NCBI RefSeq assembly: GCF_011045215.1
Contig: NZ_CP049201.1
Reading direction: 5' to 3' (one strand)
From: Escherichia coli
GTDB lineage: Bacteria; Pseudomonadota; Gammaproteobacteria; Enterobacterales; Enterobacteriaceae
DNA: 64,000 bases
Of this stretch, positions 10,700 to 21,766 are shown piece by piece. Under the pieces are notes generated by a model. That model saw only the letters and a program-made list of their open reading frames with translations. It had not been told where the DNA came from and did no database searches. A program made the translations under genes and the position numbers. Within the stretch, counting starts at the first letter, position 1, and the number at the start of each line of letters is the position of its first letter.

Positions 10700-13600
10700 A
10701 TGAACAGGACCAGTCCCTATTATTTTCGCCGCTCAGTACTTTCCTTATTGATATCTGCCTTAATATATGCCCAGCCTGGAGAGGCTGCTTTCACATCAAT
10801 CGTTACTGGTATCGTAAATGGTGAAACTGTTGATGGTGATCAAATAGTAGATGAACGTGGTACAACTAATGATATTCATATCATTAATCACGGCCGCCAG
10901 ACTGTAATTGGTGGGATGTCTAATGGAAGTATTATTGAAGTTGGTGGACAACAAGATGTAGCAAGCCATAATGATTATCAGGGGCAAGCTAATAATACAA
11001 TCCTTCATGGGGGTGCACAGGTAATTTATAATGGCGGGAATTCTACCGGTACGATAATCGAGAGTGGTCATCAGCAAGTTTATAACGGTGGTACCAGCAA
11101 TGGCACGATAATCGAGAGTGGCAATCAGTACGTTTATAAAGATGGTACCAGCAATGGCACGATAATTAAGAATGGTAATTCAGTCGTCGAAGGAGGGAGG
11201 GCGAACGGGACTGTCATCGATGGTGGTAAACAAACAGTAACAACTCAGGGATATGTTGACGGTACGACGATAAATAAGTCCGGTTATCAGGACATCATGC
11301 AAGGAAGTCAGGCAAAGAATACGACAATAGATGGGGGGCGGCAGTATGTGGACTCGAGTTTTGTAGAAACCACCATCATCAAAAATGGGGGCGATCAAAG
11401 AGCATATAAGAGCCATGCGCTGAACACTACGATAGATGGAGGTCGACAGTATATTGATTCAAGTACTGCACAAATAACCACCATTAAAAATGGAGGAACG
11501 CAACAATTAATTGCCAGCCAGGCTATGATCACCTCGATTGAAGGGGGAATGCAGACGCTGGAAAGTTCGTCAATGGCGTACAATACCACGATCTATTCTG
11601 GCGGGAAGCAAATTGTTGATAACACCAGCACCTCGGATGTTATTGAAGTTTATTCCGGTGGCGTGCTTGATGTTAGTGGTGGTACGGCAACAAATGTTAC
11701 CCAGCACGATGGTGCAATTTTAAAAACAAACACTAACGGTACGACGGTGAGCGGTACGAATAGTGAAGGTGCATTCTCCATCCACAATCACGTGGCAGAC
11801 AATGTGTTGCTGGAAAACGGTGGTCATTTAGACATAAACGCATATGGTTCGGCAAACAAGACGATTATTAAAGATAAAGGAACAATGTCAGTTTTAACCA
11901 ATGCTAAAGCTGATGCGACCCGAATAGATAATGGCGGGGTTATGGATGTTGCCGGAAACGCGACCAATACCATAATTAATGGTGGTACACAGAATATTAA
12001 TAATCATGGTATTGCCACGGGCACTAATATCAACAGTGGAACGCAAAATATCAAGAGCGGCGGGAAAGCTGACACGACAAATATATCCTCCGGGAGCCGG
12101 CAGATTGTTGAGAAAGATGGTACGGCAACTGGCAGCAATATTAGCGCTGGAGGCTCGCTGATTGTCTATACCGGCGGTATTGCACATGGGGTTAACCAGG
12201 AGACGGGCAGTGCTTTAGTTGCCAACACGGGTGCAGGGACTGATATCGAAGGATACAACAAGCTCTCTCACTTCACTATTACCGGAGGGGAGGCTAATTA
12301 TGTTGTGCTGGAAAATACCGGCGAACTGACGGTAGTGGCTAAAACCTCGGCGAAAAATACTACCATTGATGCTGGCGGTAAGCTGATTGTCCAGAAGGAG
12401 GCTAAAACAGATAGCACCAGACTTAATAATGGCGGCGTTCTGGAGGTTCAGGACGGTGGTGAGGCTAAGCATGTTGAGCAACAATCCGGCGGCGCATTAA
12501 TTGCTTCCACGACCTCCGGAACACTTATCGAAGGAACCAACAGTTATGGTGATGCTTTCTACATCAGGAATTCAGAAGCTAAAAATGTAGTGCTGGAAAA
12601 CGCTGGCTCATTAACCGTCGTCACTGGTTCCCGGGCAGTTGACACGATTATTAATGCCAACGGCAAAATGGATGTTTATGGAAAAGATGTTGGCACTGTA
12701 CTCAATAGTGCTGGCACCCAAACAATATATGCCAGTGCCACTTCTGATAAAGCAAATATCAAAGGTGGCAAGCAAACGGTATATGGTTTAGCCACTGAAG
12801 CAAATATCGAAAGTGGTGAACAAATTGTTGATGGTGGGTCAACAGAGAAAACACACATCAATGGTGGCACGCAAACCGTTCAGAATTATGGTAAGGCAAT
12901 CAATACCGATATCGTCTCTGGCCTACAACAAATTATGGCAAACGGGACAGCGGAAGGTTCCATTATTAATGGGGGTTCACAGGTAGTTAATGAGGGCGGT
13001 CTGGCTGAAAACTCGGTGCTTAATGACGGCGGCACACTCGATGTGCGGGAGAAAGGCAGCGCAACGGGGATACAGCAGAGTAGCCAGGGCGCTTTGGTTG
13101 CAACCACCAGGGCGACGCGGGTCACAGGAACACGCGCGGATGGCGTCGCGTTCAGCATCGAGCAGGGTGCGGCGAACAATATCCTGCTGGCAAATGGCTG
13201 CGTGTTAACCGTGGAGTCAGACACCACTTCCGCCAAAACACAGGTCAATACGGGCGGGCAGGAGATCGTCAAAACAAAAGCCACTGCGACAGGCACGACG
13301 CTCACCGGCGGCGAACAAATCGTCGAGGGTGTGGCGAATGAGACAACGATTAACGACGGTGGAATACAAACAGTTTCGGCTAACGGAGAGGCAATAAAAA
13401 CAACGATCAATGAAGGCGGTACGCTGACAGTTAACGATAATGGCAAAGCAACAGATATCGTCCAGAACAGCGGTGCCGCTCTCCAGACGAGCACGGCTAA
13501 CGGTATTGAAATCAGCGGTACTCACCAGTACGGCACTTTTTCCATTTCCGGCAATTTAGCGACCAATGCGTTGCTGGAAAATGGCGGTAATTTATTGGTA

Positions 13601-15433
13601 TTAGCAGGCACCGAAGCTCGCGACTCCACGGTTGGCAAGGGTGGTGCAATGCAAAACCTGGGTCAGGACTCCGCCACAAAGGTTAACTCTGGCGGGCAAT
13701 ATACCCTTGGGCGGTCAAAAGATGAGTTTCAGCCTCTGGCCCGGGCAGAAGATCTCCAGGTCGCTGGCGGGACGGCAATCGTCTACGCAGGTACGCTGGC
13801 GGATGCATCGGTCAGTGGCGCGACAGGAAGCCTGTCGTTAATGACGCCACGGGATAATGTTACGCCAGTTAAACTCGAAGGGGCGGTCCGGATTACCGAT
13901 AGCGCGACATTAACTCTGGGAAATGGCGTCGATACAACGCTTGCCGACCTGACGGCTGCCAGCCGGGGCAGTGTCTGGCTTAACAGCAATAATTCCTGTG
14001 CAGGTACCAGCAACTGCGAATATAGAGTAAACAGTTTGCTACTCAACGACGGTGATGTTTATTTATCAGCACAAACAGCAGCGCCTGCCACAACTAACGG
14101 TATCTACAATACGCTGACAACCAATGAACTTTCCGGTAGCGGTAATTTCTACCTGCATACCAACGTTGCAGGCTCCCGGGGCGATCAACTGGTCGTCAAC
14201 AACAACGCCACTGGTAATTTTAAAATCTTTGTTCAGGATACCGGCGTCAGCCCACAGTCTGACGATGCGATGACGCTGGTGAAAACAGGGGGAGGGGATG
14301 CTTCGTTTACGCTGGGCAATACCGGCGGTTTCGTTGATCTTGGGACCTATGAGTATGTCCTGAAAAGTGACGGCAACAGCAACTGGAACCTGACCAATGA
14401 TGTCAAACCCAACCCGGATCCCAACCCAAATCCGAAGCCAGATCCAAAACCAGACCCAAAACCGGATCCGAAACCAGACCCGACTCCCGATCCAACGCCG
14501 ACACCCGTTCCGGAGAAACGCATCACGCCTTCTACGGCAGCCGTACTCAATATGGCTGCAACATTACCGTTGGTATTTGATGCTGAGCTAAACAGTATTC
14601 GCGAGCGGTTGAACATAATGAAAGCGAGTCCACACAACAATAATGTCTGGGGGGCGACGTATAACACCCGTAATAATGTCACCACCGATGCGGGTGCCGG
14701 GTTTGAGCAGACGCTGACCGGAATGACAGTGGGGATCGACAGCCGTAATGATATTCCTGAAGGAATTGCCACGCTGGGCGCTTTTATGGGTTATTCCCAT
14801 TCACATATCGGTTTTGATCGCGGAGGACATGGCAGTGTGGGCAGTTATTCTCTGGGCGGCTATGCCAGTTGGGAACATGAAAGTGGTTTCTATCTGGACG
14901 GTGTCGTGAAGCTGAACCGTTTTGAAAGTAACGTAGCCGGTAAAATGAGCAGCGGTGGAGCCGCCAATGGCAGTTACCACAGCAACGGGCTGGGCGGTCA
15001 CATTGAAACCGGGATGCGATTTACCGATGGTAACTGGAACCTGACGCCGTATGCATCGTTAACGGGGTTCACCGCTGATAACCCCGAATATCATTTATCC
15101 AATGGCATGAAATCGAAATCAGTCGATACCCGCAGTATATATCGTGAACTGGGGGCAACGCTGAGTTACAACATGCGTCTGGGGAACGGTATGGAAGTTG
15201 AGCCGTGGCTGAAGGCGGCTGTGCGCAAAGAATTTGTCGATGATAACCGGGTGAAGGTGAATAATGACGGTAATTTCGTCAATGATTTGTCGGGCAGACG
15301 TGGAATATACCAGGCAGGTATTAAAGCCTCATTCAGCAGTACGTTAAGCGGGCATCTCGGGGTGGGGTATAGCAACGGTGCCGGTGTGGAATCCCCGTGG
15401 AACGCGGTGGCTGGTGTGAACTGGTCGTTCTGA
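10700..15433 (+). CDS. ypjA: AIDA-I-type adhesin-like autotransporter (ypjA-like)
   Basis: ORF 10571-15433; probable start ATG 10700 (MNRTSPYYFRRSVLSLLISALIYAQPGEA signal peptide); passenger built of ~19-aa imperfect repeats (NGTIIESG.QQVYNGG...), PNPDPNPNPKPDPKPDP linker, C-terminal beta-barrel ending ...AGVNWSF. Confidence 0.85.
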   Translation: MNRTSPYYFRRSVLSLLISALIYAQPGEAAFTSIVTGIVNGETVDGDQIVDERGTTNDIHIINHGRQTVIGGMSNGSIIEVGGQQDVASHNDYQGQANNTILHGGAQVIYNGGNSTGTIIESGHQQVYNGGTSNGTIIESGNQYVYKDGTSNGTIIKNGNSVVEGGRANGTVIDGGKQTVTTQGYVDGTTINKSGYQDIMQGSQAKNTTIDGGRQYVDSSFVETTIIKNGGDQRAYKSHALNTTIDGGRQYIDSSTAQITTIKNGGTQQLIASQAMITSIEGGMQTLESSSMAYNTTIYSGGKQIVDNTSTSDVIEVYSGGVLDVSGGTATNVTQHDGAILKTNTNGTTVSGTNSEGAFSIHNHVADNVLLENGGHLDINAYGSANKTIIKDKGTMSVLTNAKADATRIDNGGVMDVAGNATNTIINGGTQNINNHGIATGTNINSGTQNIKSGGKADTTNISSGSRQIVEKDGTATGSNISAGGSLIVYTGGIAHGVNQETGSALVANTGAGTDIEGYNKLSHFTITGGEANYVVLENTGELTVVAKTSAKNTTIDAGGKLIVQKEAKTDSTRLNNGGVLEVQDGGEAKHVEQQSGGALIASTTSGTLIEGTNSYGDAFYIRNSEAKNVVLENAGSLTVVTGSRAVDTIINANGKMDVYGKDVGTVLNSAGTQTIYASATSDKANIKGGKQTVYGLATEANIESGEQIVDGGSTEKTHINGGTQTVQNYGKAINTDIVSGLQQIMANGTAEGSIINGGSQVVNEGGLAENSVLNDGGTLDVREKGSATGIQQSSQGALVATTRATRVTGTRADGVAFSIEQGAANNILLANGCVLTVESDTTSAKTQVNTGGQEIVKTKATATGTTLTGGEQIVEGVANETTINDGGIQTVSANGEAIKTTINEGGTLTVNDNGKATDIVQNSGAALQTSTANGIEISGTHQYGTFSISGNLATNALLENGGNLLVLAGTEARDSTVGKGGAMQNLGQDSATKVNSGGQYTLGRSKDEFQPLARAEDLQVAGGTAIVYAGTLADASVSGATGSLSLMTPRDNVTPVKLEGAVRITDSATLTLGNGVDTTLADLTAASRGSVWLNSNNSCAGTSNCEYRVNSLLLNDGDVYLSAQTAAPATTNGIYNTLTTNELSGSGNFYLHTNVAGSRGDQLVVNNNATGNFKIFVQDTGVSPQSDDAMTLVKTGGGDASFTLGNTGGFVDLGTYEYVLKSDGNSNWNLTNDVKPNPDPNPNPKPDPKPDPKPDPKPDPTPDPTPTPVPEKRITPSTAAVLNMAATLPLVFDAELNSIRERLNIMKASPHNNNVWGATYNTRNNVTTDAGAGFEQTLTGMTVGIDSRNDIPEGIATLGAFMGYSHSHIGFDRGGHGSVGSYSLGGYASWEHESGFYLDGVVKLNRFESNVAGKMSSGGAANGSYHSNGLGGHIETGMRFTDGNWNLTPYASLTGFTADNPEYHLSNGMKSKSVDTRSIYRELGATLSYNMRLGNGMEVEPWLKAAVRKEFVDDNRVKVNNDGNFVNDLSGRRGIYQAGIKASFSSTLSGHLGVGYSNGAGVESPWNAVAGVNWSF

Positions 15434-15443
15434 CCATCAACGA

Positions 15444-15466
15444 AAAAGCCCACATCTGTGGGCTTT
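15444..15466 (+). terminator. Hairpin after ypjA (AAAAAGCCCACATCTGTGGGCTTT)
   Basis: Perfect stem GCCCACA/TGTGGGC immediately 3' of the ypjA stop codon; weak U-tract. Confidence 0.5.
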
Positions 15467-16111
15467 CATGTTACCAGGAGCCGCGGCTCCTTTGCGTATC
15501 CTTTTATGTCTCCTCACCGTCTGGTCGGTGTCCTGCTGAGACTTCTAACTTCCTGTTTTTGTTGGTGTTGTTTTTACACCTTCCAATCATGATTGGTGCT
15601 GGCGTCCCTGTGCTTTTAATTATAGTGTATTGATATTTAATATTTTTGTTTAAATTAATTTCGTTATGGGTTCCAAAAAGGAACCATAAAGTAGAACCAC
15701 AGAACCTCGCATGGTTCCAACATGCCTAGCGACTTCAAAATAACACGCTCTATGGCAAACTAAATGTAAGTGTGGCTGGATATTTAGCGTCTGATTACTG
15801 AGAGGGTCAATAAAAACTGCTCTATCTCAAATACTGTAGTGGCCCATAAACTTGTCCGCTTGAGTCGATGGTGTACCTCGTCCGTTCAGGCCCGGAGTGG
15901 CTAATTAGCAGAGTATTCATGTCTGCTATGAGCGAGGATCGGACGTAAAACAACTGTAAAAAACTATTTAACTCAGGCAGAAATGTCAAGATTCAGTGAA
16001 AATGTCTAATCACTGGTTCGTTAGAAATGCCCATATGTTGAAAAGGCTGCTGCAAAAAAGTCTCTCGCAGCGGCCTCTTTAATATAACGTCATTGTGTGC
16101 ATCATCTTTAA

Positions 16112-17464
16112 TTATGGGTTTAACTCAAACTGTTCCCCGTTTATTAATTTTCGCAATAAGTCAAGTGCCTCAGATGAGTATTTTCCGACACCACTTTTCC
16201 CAGATTTAATGAAAACATGATAATTGTTGTCTGATGCTTTAATGTTGAAGTCGGTTAGTTTTCTTAATTTTTCGAATTCTTGATTAACATAGTGCCACGA
16301 TCCCATGTCGAGAATCCTTGCCAGATCAGACATTGTATATGGGAAACTAGCATTTAGTGCCTGCCCATTATTGAGTTCAGCGATACCATACATTTTTGCT
16401 AATGCATCATCATGCTCTGCAATATTGCGGAACATCTCAAAATCGTATGGAAGTTCTTGTTTAACAAGGGATTCTGATGCGAATGTGTACGTTCTGGCTA
16501 GAAATGCACGCACAAGTTTTGGATTAACGCTAATTTCCGGTGTATTAGATGATAACGCATCAAAAATCCAACCAAAATTATTTGCGTATATCACCTTGAT
16601 TCGAACGCTTTTATTCTCACCAACACCGATTAGCAATTCCTTTTGATGAGAACCAGTGGCCTCGCAGTCCTTACTGAAGGAGACAAGATAAATATTTGGA
16701 ATCAATGCATTATTGGGAGCGATGATTTCATCTATATCAGAGAGAATTGCCTTTATGTTTTCATCATTGATACTGTACCCAAAGAAAAACAAGGGGTGTT
16801 CAGCAAAATATGTTAGCAACTTAGCACTGATATATTTCTTACGTTTATAGAAATCAACATAATCTTCATTTGTAATAACAATACTTTCAACTTCATGACT
16901 GCTACCATGAATTTTCATGATTTCGCCATAAGATGAATAATTCACTTTAACAACGTTATGACCAACTATTGCCTGATAATTGTCAAATATTTTTTCTAAT
17001 GTGTCGTCATAATTTGTTGTGATTATTGCATGAGGTTTTACTTTCCTTAATTTCTGAACTTCCTCTGTATATTCCATGTTCGAGAAATCAACGGAGTTTG
17101 ATAATTCATTCAGAATGGATGCAATTTCATGCTTAATATAAATATCTTTTGGAGTCGTTCCTTCAAAGTATGTCTCTGGATAGCGATCCTTGCCATCATC
17201 CCAAGCCCATTCAGCATAGAAGTCACAAAAATCGCTAGCAATCAAAGGTTTGTTATCACCCTTTGTTTGGCTGTAGTAACCATAAGGGCGTTTGATCAAG
17301 GGGCATATTTCCGCTAGTTGCTTTAATAGACCTTCCCAGTCAGGCGCTTTTATATATCGTTGTGAAATACCTGCACCCATGAATAAAATGGGTTGGACTT
17401 GTAAGTTTTCAAGGCAAGATTTAACATCTTCGATTATTTCTTCTTGATATTCCGTAAAGTCCAT
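16112..17464 (-). CDS. Stand-alone SIR2-family (ThsA-type SIR2_2-like) protein with unknown C-terminal domain; candidate NAD+-depleting anti-phage effector
   Basis: 450-aa AT-rich ORF; sirtuin-like motifs ILFMGAGIS (GAGxS), ITTNYD, KIHGSSHE (HG) and FFFGYSINDENI line up with ThsA SIR2-domain motifs as I recall them; no partner gene within ~0.7-0.9 kb. Confidence 0.7.
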   Translation of the reverse strand: MDFTEYQEEIIEDVKSCLENLQVQPILFMGAGISQRYIKAPDWEGLLKQLAEICPLIKRPYGYYSQTKGDNKPLIASDFCDFYAEWAWDDGKDRYPETYFEGTTPKDIYIKHEIASILNELSNSVDFSNMEYTEEVQKLRKVKPHAIITTNYDDTLEKIFDNYQAIVGHNVVKVNYSSYGEIMKIHGSSHEVESIVITNEDYVDFYKRKKYISAKLLTYFAEHPLFFFGYSINDENIKAILSDIDEIIAPNNALIPNIYLVSFSKDCEATGSHQKELLIGVGENKSVRIKVIYANNFGWIFDALSSNTPEISVNPKLVRAFLARTYTFASESLVKQELPYDFEMFRNIAEHDDALAKMYGIAELNNGQALNASFPYTMSDLARILDMGSWHYVNQEFEKLRKLTDFNIKASDNNYHVFIKSGKSGVGKYSSEALDLLRKLINGEQFELNP

Positions 17465-18352
17465 ATAGTTACCTCAGGGATAGGTGATTGCTATGTGATG
17501 CACCGCGAAACGGTTCGGGGCTTTGTGACACCCAAACTTTACCCCGGTTTCCCAGCGTTTCCTTTGTATATAATATCATTGAAGTTAATTGCGTTTCTCA
17601 GAAATCTTCTTAGGATGTGATTGCAATAACGGCAACACAGCGCACACATCGCGGCTGATCAGTGAGTATGAAGTGGTTTACTGAATTTGGCCGCCTGAAT
17701 CGAGAGACAAAATGTCCGCTCCTGGCACTAAGCAGAAGTTCCCGAACAACGTAAGCTGGCATATGCCCTCGTTCCTCCGTGGGGACTATCGATCTATTTG
17801 CCGGTTGTGTTTAAGCAATATCGCCAGCGGCGTGAGCTCTCAGTGCATTCAATCAAGCTCACAAATCACACAGTCTTTACTTTTTTTAGATTCCCTAATG
17901 GTTTCGCGTCATAGCCTCAGCCAGATAAACCTGAGCTGCTTTAGGGGTATATGCCTTTCCGAGCATAAAGGATACTGTTTCTATGAAAACTGATCGCGAG
18001 AGCACGATTAGGAGATCAGAACCTGATTTGACATTGATACTGGCTATCAGCGATGGGCAGTTCTCGAATACATCTGACAATCATTTACCTCATTAAGTTT
18101 TATTTCCAGAAGTGCCGTGATCCAGCACGAGTGCTGATAATCAATATCACTTGGGTAATGATTGACAAGTTCACTAAACAACGAGCAGATATTTTAAAAT
18201 TGCCTGCAGCTTCCACATCACCAGGCAGAGGCGTCAGACCCTTAGCACCATACGATTCATAGAGTAATTCCCAATATAGTTGATGCTGAATTTCTTTGTT
18301 CATGTTGAGGCAGTATATTGAAACAATGAGAATGAATCACACATATAAGCTC

Positions 18353-19357
18353 TCACAATCTTCCGCCGTTTTTGACTGTTGCAGATATACTTTTAGCAGG
18401 TTTTAAATGCCTGGAGATTTCTTTCTGTTCTCGACGGATTTTGTATGAATTAATTTCTTCATAATCCTTGTGTTTATTTATTTTTGATAAATCAACCAAG
18501 AGATTATTTCTTATCATCCACTTTACAATTCGCTTGTTGATATCTTTATAGAGAGGGCCGCCTTTATATTTATAGAAGTGAATATCATGAATTTCACTGA
18601 TGAAATCAAGTATGGATAAGATTTCTTTATAATCACCAATGTAACTGTTAATGGTGAAATGGTCTTTATTAAGTTCTATTTTGAATCCATGTTCAGAAAG
18701 GTAATACAAGAAAAAGGCTGAGTCGAGATCACAAAAATCTACATGCAGCGTTCTTCTGTCAAATTTATCAATATGCGAGAGAATGATATCATGTAATTCA
18801 TAATCATATACATTTTCAATAAATCCTTTCCCTGAATGATCAATTTGATTGACATTGCATCCAGCATCTATTGCTACGGATAAAACTTCCGGGGAAAGGG
18901 GCATGAAGAGAATATTCATTCCTTTTTTATCGATGTGATTTATATCACAACCAGCATTAATTAATTCTGTCAATCCTTCAGCATTCCTGTAATGTTCAAA
19001 AATGCATGTGTAGCCATTAGTATCCGTATGCGAGGTGTCTAAACCCAGTTCAATCAGTTTCTTCAGTATTTCTGGATTTTTTTGATGAAAGAGCGCATTT
19101 TGCCCATGTCCGTTGATATGGTGTATATTAATTCCATAACTGAGCAGGCAATCCATGGCTTCCAGGGTTCTGCAGGCAAAAATGGCATTGTTGCCGTTAC
19201 TGTTAACAGCATTGATGTCATAGCCTATTTTTAAAGCTTTCTTTATATCATCAGGTGATCTTGCATTGAAGAATGATTCAGAAATGGCAAGGTCTAATGC
19301 CTTTTCTAATAATCCCTTTTGTAATAAGGATATGACTAATTCCATAAACACCCCCAT
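18353..19357 (-). CDS. Ankyrin-repeat protein (paralog 1)
   Basis: 334-aa ORF with repeated G.DIN..D..G.N.LF blocks (~33-aa periodicity) and a C-terminal region shared with ORF 31629-32573 (..VKWMIRNNL../..IKWFIRNDI..). Confidence 0.7.
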   Translation of the reverse strand: MGVFMELVISLLQKGLLEKALDLAISESFFNARSPDDIKKALKIGYDINAVNSNGNNAIFACRTLEAMDCLLSYGINIHHINGHGQNALFHQKNPEILKKLIELGLDTSHTDTNGYTCIFEHYRNAEGLTELINAGCDINHIDKKGMNILFMPLSPEVLSVAIDAGCNVNQIDHSGKGFIENVYDYELHDIILSHIDKFDRRTLHVDFCDLDSAFFLYYLSEHGFKIELNKDHFTINSYIGDYKEILSILDFISEIHDIHFYKYKGGPLYKDINKRIVKWMIRNNLLVDLSKINKHKDYEEINSYKIRREQKEISRHLKPAKSISATVKNGGRL

Positions 19358-19479
19358 GAAAAAATGTTTAAGTCATTAGATATCAGAAATTCTGTGAAAT
19401 GCAACAGCTGGGGAAAGGTGTTCATGATGTGCGGAATAAAAATTTCCACAAACCACCCGTGGATACATCAGAAACACCT

Positions 19480-19960
<481 letters not shown>

Positions 19961-20102
19961 TTCTCAGTTCAACTTCCTTCTGGCTAGGTTAACTTGCAAG
20001 CAGGAAGTGCTTTTCATCGATTAGTGAATACGGTAGTTTTTTCAAACTAACTGAACTCTATTCGTATGACTTAAATCTTTAAGAAGGCAGGAGATTTGAA
20101 TT

Positions 20103-20957
20103 TTGAAAAACTGGTCACCAGAGCATACTAAAGAAATCAAAGCTTGGCTTGACATAGATAACTATCGCAAGCTCGAAGACATCAGTTTAAATGCCTTGTA
20201 TCACGAACTTTGGGCAAGAGCACTTCTGTACAAGCCTGGGCCTACTGACGAAGAAAAGAAAGGGCTATGGGTGTACATGACTGAAATTTTCAGTGGGAAC
20301 CCCCATCTTTTCAAAGGGAAGCATCTCGATTATCCAACAGTTAACGATACTCTCTACAGTCCTCCACACATTTTTATCACGGATATCACCAGGCTTGCTG
20401 AACTTAGTGTGATGGCTCTTAGTGTGAATCTTTTCACCTGGGAGGAAGGAAACGATGAATATTGTGTTAATGCGCCTCATCACGAAGCTTATGTGTCACA
20501 ACTCTTGTCCCCCTTATGTGAGAAAACGGTGTTGCTTGAAATCGATCTTGGTAGTGGTACTGACGATGAAATAGCCGAATCGATAAAAGCGGCCCTGCCA
20601 CAATGGAGATCGGTAAAAGGAGTGGAAGTTAATGAAACCGGTATCGTTCGTTTCGGCTATGGAACCATTAAAAAAATTATAAATTACAGGTTGGTTGCGA
20701 TGCTGGACATCTTACTTTGGGCAAAAAGGAAAGAACTAAGAATCTCAGATGATCGCCTCTCCCGGCTTCTTTATACTGATGAAGATGAAGAAACAACTAC
20801 CCGTTTAGGGTATCACATTAAAGACTCAGATCGTCCGCTTGCGATGAAAGCTGCAACGATAGACTTCATTAGGCAGTTCAATTTTTTCATGAACCGAAAT
20901 CCCCACCTGAAAAACATGAGAGTTTCAGATGTGATGAAACTCTCTGATTCTAACTGA
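20103..20957 (+). CDS. Hypothetical protein (284 aa), upstream of alpA-like gene
   Basis: Long ORF; position before an AlpA-like gene suggests an integrative-element module; no motif recognised. Confidence 0.55.
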   Translation: MKNWSPEHTKEIKAWLDIDNYRKLEDISLNALYHELWARALLYKPGPTDEEKKGLWVYMTEIFSGNPHLFKGKHLDYPTVNDTLYSPPHIFITDITRLAELSVMALSVNLFTWEEGNDEYCVNAPHHEAYVSQLLSPLCEKTVLLEIDLGSGTDDEIAESIKAALPQWRSVKGVEVNETGIVRFGYGTIKKIINYRLVAMLDILLWAKRKELRISDDRLSRLLYTDEDEETTTRLGYHIKDSDRPLAMKAATIDFIRQFNFFMNRNPHLKNMRVSDVMKLSDSN

Positions 20958-21079
20958 TCTCGAATTCCCGAAGTCTACTACTGCAGGGCAGACCGTAACC
21001 CTGCAGTTAGGAAGCTCGCTCCTTTCTTTTCCCAACTGTTCGTATAGTGATCCCATCACAACGACAAAGGGAAAACAAA

Positions 21080-21286
21080 ATGAACAATCAAAATACCCGC
21101 CTAATTCGCTTGCCAGAAGTTATGAACAGAACCGGCTATGGCAAGGCCTGGATTTATCGTCTAATCAACGAAGGTTTATTTCCACAACCAATAAAAATTG
21201 GTTCGCGTGCAATTGCATTTGTCGAAAGCGAAGTAGATGAATGGATCGCATCTGCAATTGAACGTTCACGTAAAAATGCAGCCTGA
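21080..21286 (+). CDS. alpA: AlpA-family (prophage regulatory / excisionase-like) DNA-binding protein
   Basis: ORF 21047-21286; start ATG 21080 preceded by AAGGGA; sequence LIRLPEVMNRTGYGKAWIYRLINEGLFPQPIKIGSRAIAFVESEVDEWI matches the AlpA/MerR-like HTH pattern. Confidence 0.7.
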   Translation: MNNQNTRLIRLPEVMNRTGYGKAWIYRLINEGLFPQPIKIGSRAIAFVESEVDEWIASAIERSRKNAA

Positions 21287-21490
21287 TTACGGGGCTAATG
21301 ATGAGTGTATTAAATTTGGTGTGTAAAAATAAATGGTGCTATTCAACAATGAGCCGAGGGCCGCCTGATATTTTATAAGTAGTATTAGGTTAGGCTTTGG
21401 TATTAAGAAGTAATAACAATAGTCATTGGTGGAGATTATGATGGCATTTTTACCGTGACATTATAAATTAATAAGTACAGGAGATTTAAA

Positions 21491-21766
21491 ATGAATAATT
21501 CAATCAGAGTACCGGAAGATAAAGATTTTGTATGTGCATTTGTGACTTCACCGGATAGCTTGTATGAGGCTATTGAAACCTATCGTAATTATGTAGATCC
21601 AGTCGAAGAGATAGAGTTTGAGCACGTCCTTCTTTATTTGTTGTGTTCTATACTGGTCGAAGGTGCTACAGATGTTACCATTAATGATGAAGTACGAATG
21701 TGTATTGAGCACCTTGTCAATGAAAAAAATATTATCAGAAAGAATAATGCAGGTAAAAAGGTGTAA
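21491..21766 (+). CDS. Hypothetical small protein (91 aa)
   Basis: ORF in AT-rich island segment; ATG preceded by GGAG; no recognised domain. Confidence 0.4.
   Translation: MNNSIRVPEDKDFVCAFVTSPDSLYEAIETYRNYVDPVEEIEFEHVLLYLLCSILVEGATDVTINDEVRMCIEHLVNEKNIIRKNNAGKKV

Noticed and set aside
12886-13494. 202-aa minus-strand ORF, one of many short ORFs on both strands between 10.8 and 15.4 kb
   Set aside because: All are embedded in the repetitive autotransporter coding sequence and have low-complexity translations; the long plus-strand ORF explains the region.
15470-16110. Possible attR (direct repeat of the ssrA 3' end) at the ypjA-proximal island boundary
   Set aside because: Only a weak partial resemblance (TTGGTGCTGGCG near 15590) was seen; not convincing without a computed alignment.
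17465-18352. Short ORFs between the SIR2 and ankyrin genes (for example 18100-18303, 17895-18080)
   Set aside because: All under 95 aa, mutually overlapping on both strands, with no recognisable motifs; could be debris of a decayed partner gene but the evidence is insufficient.
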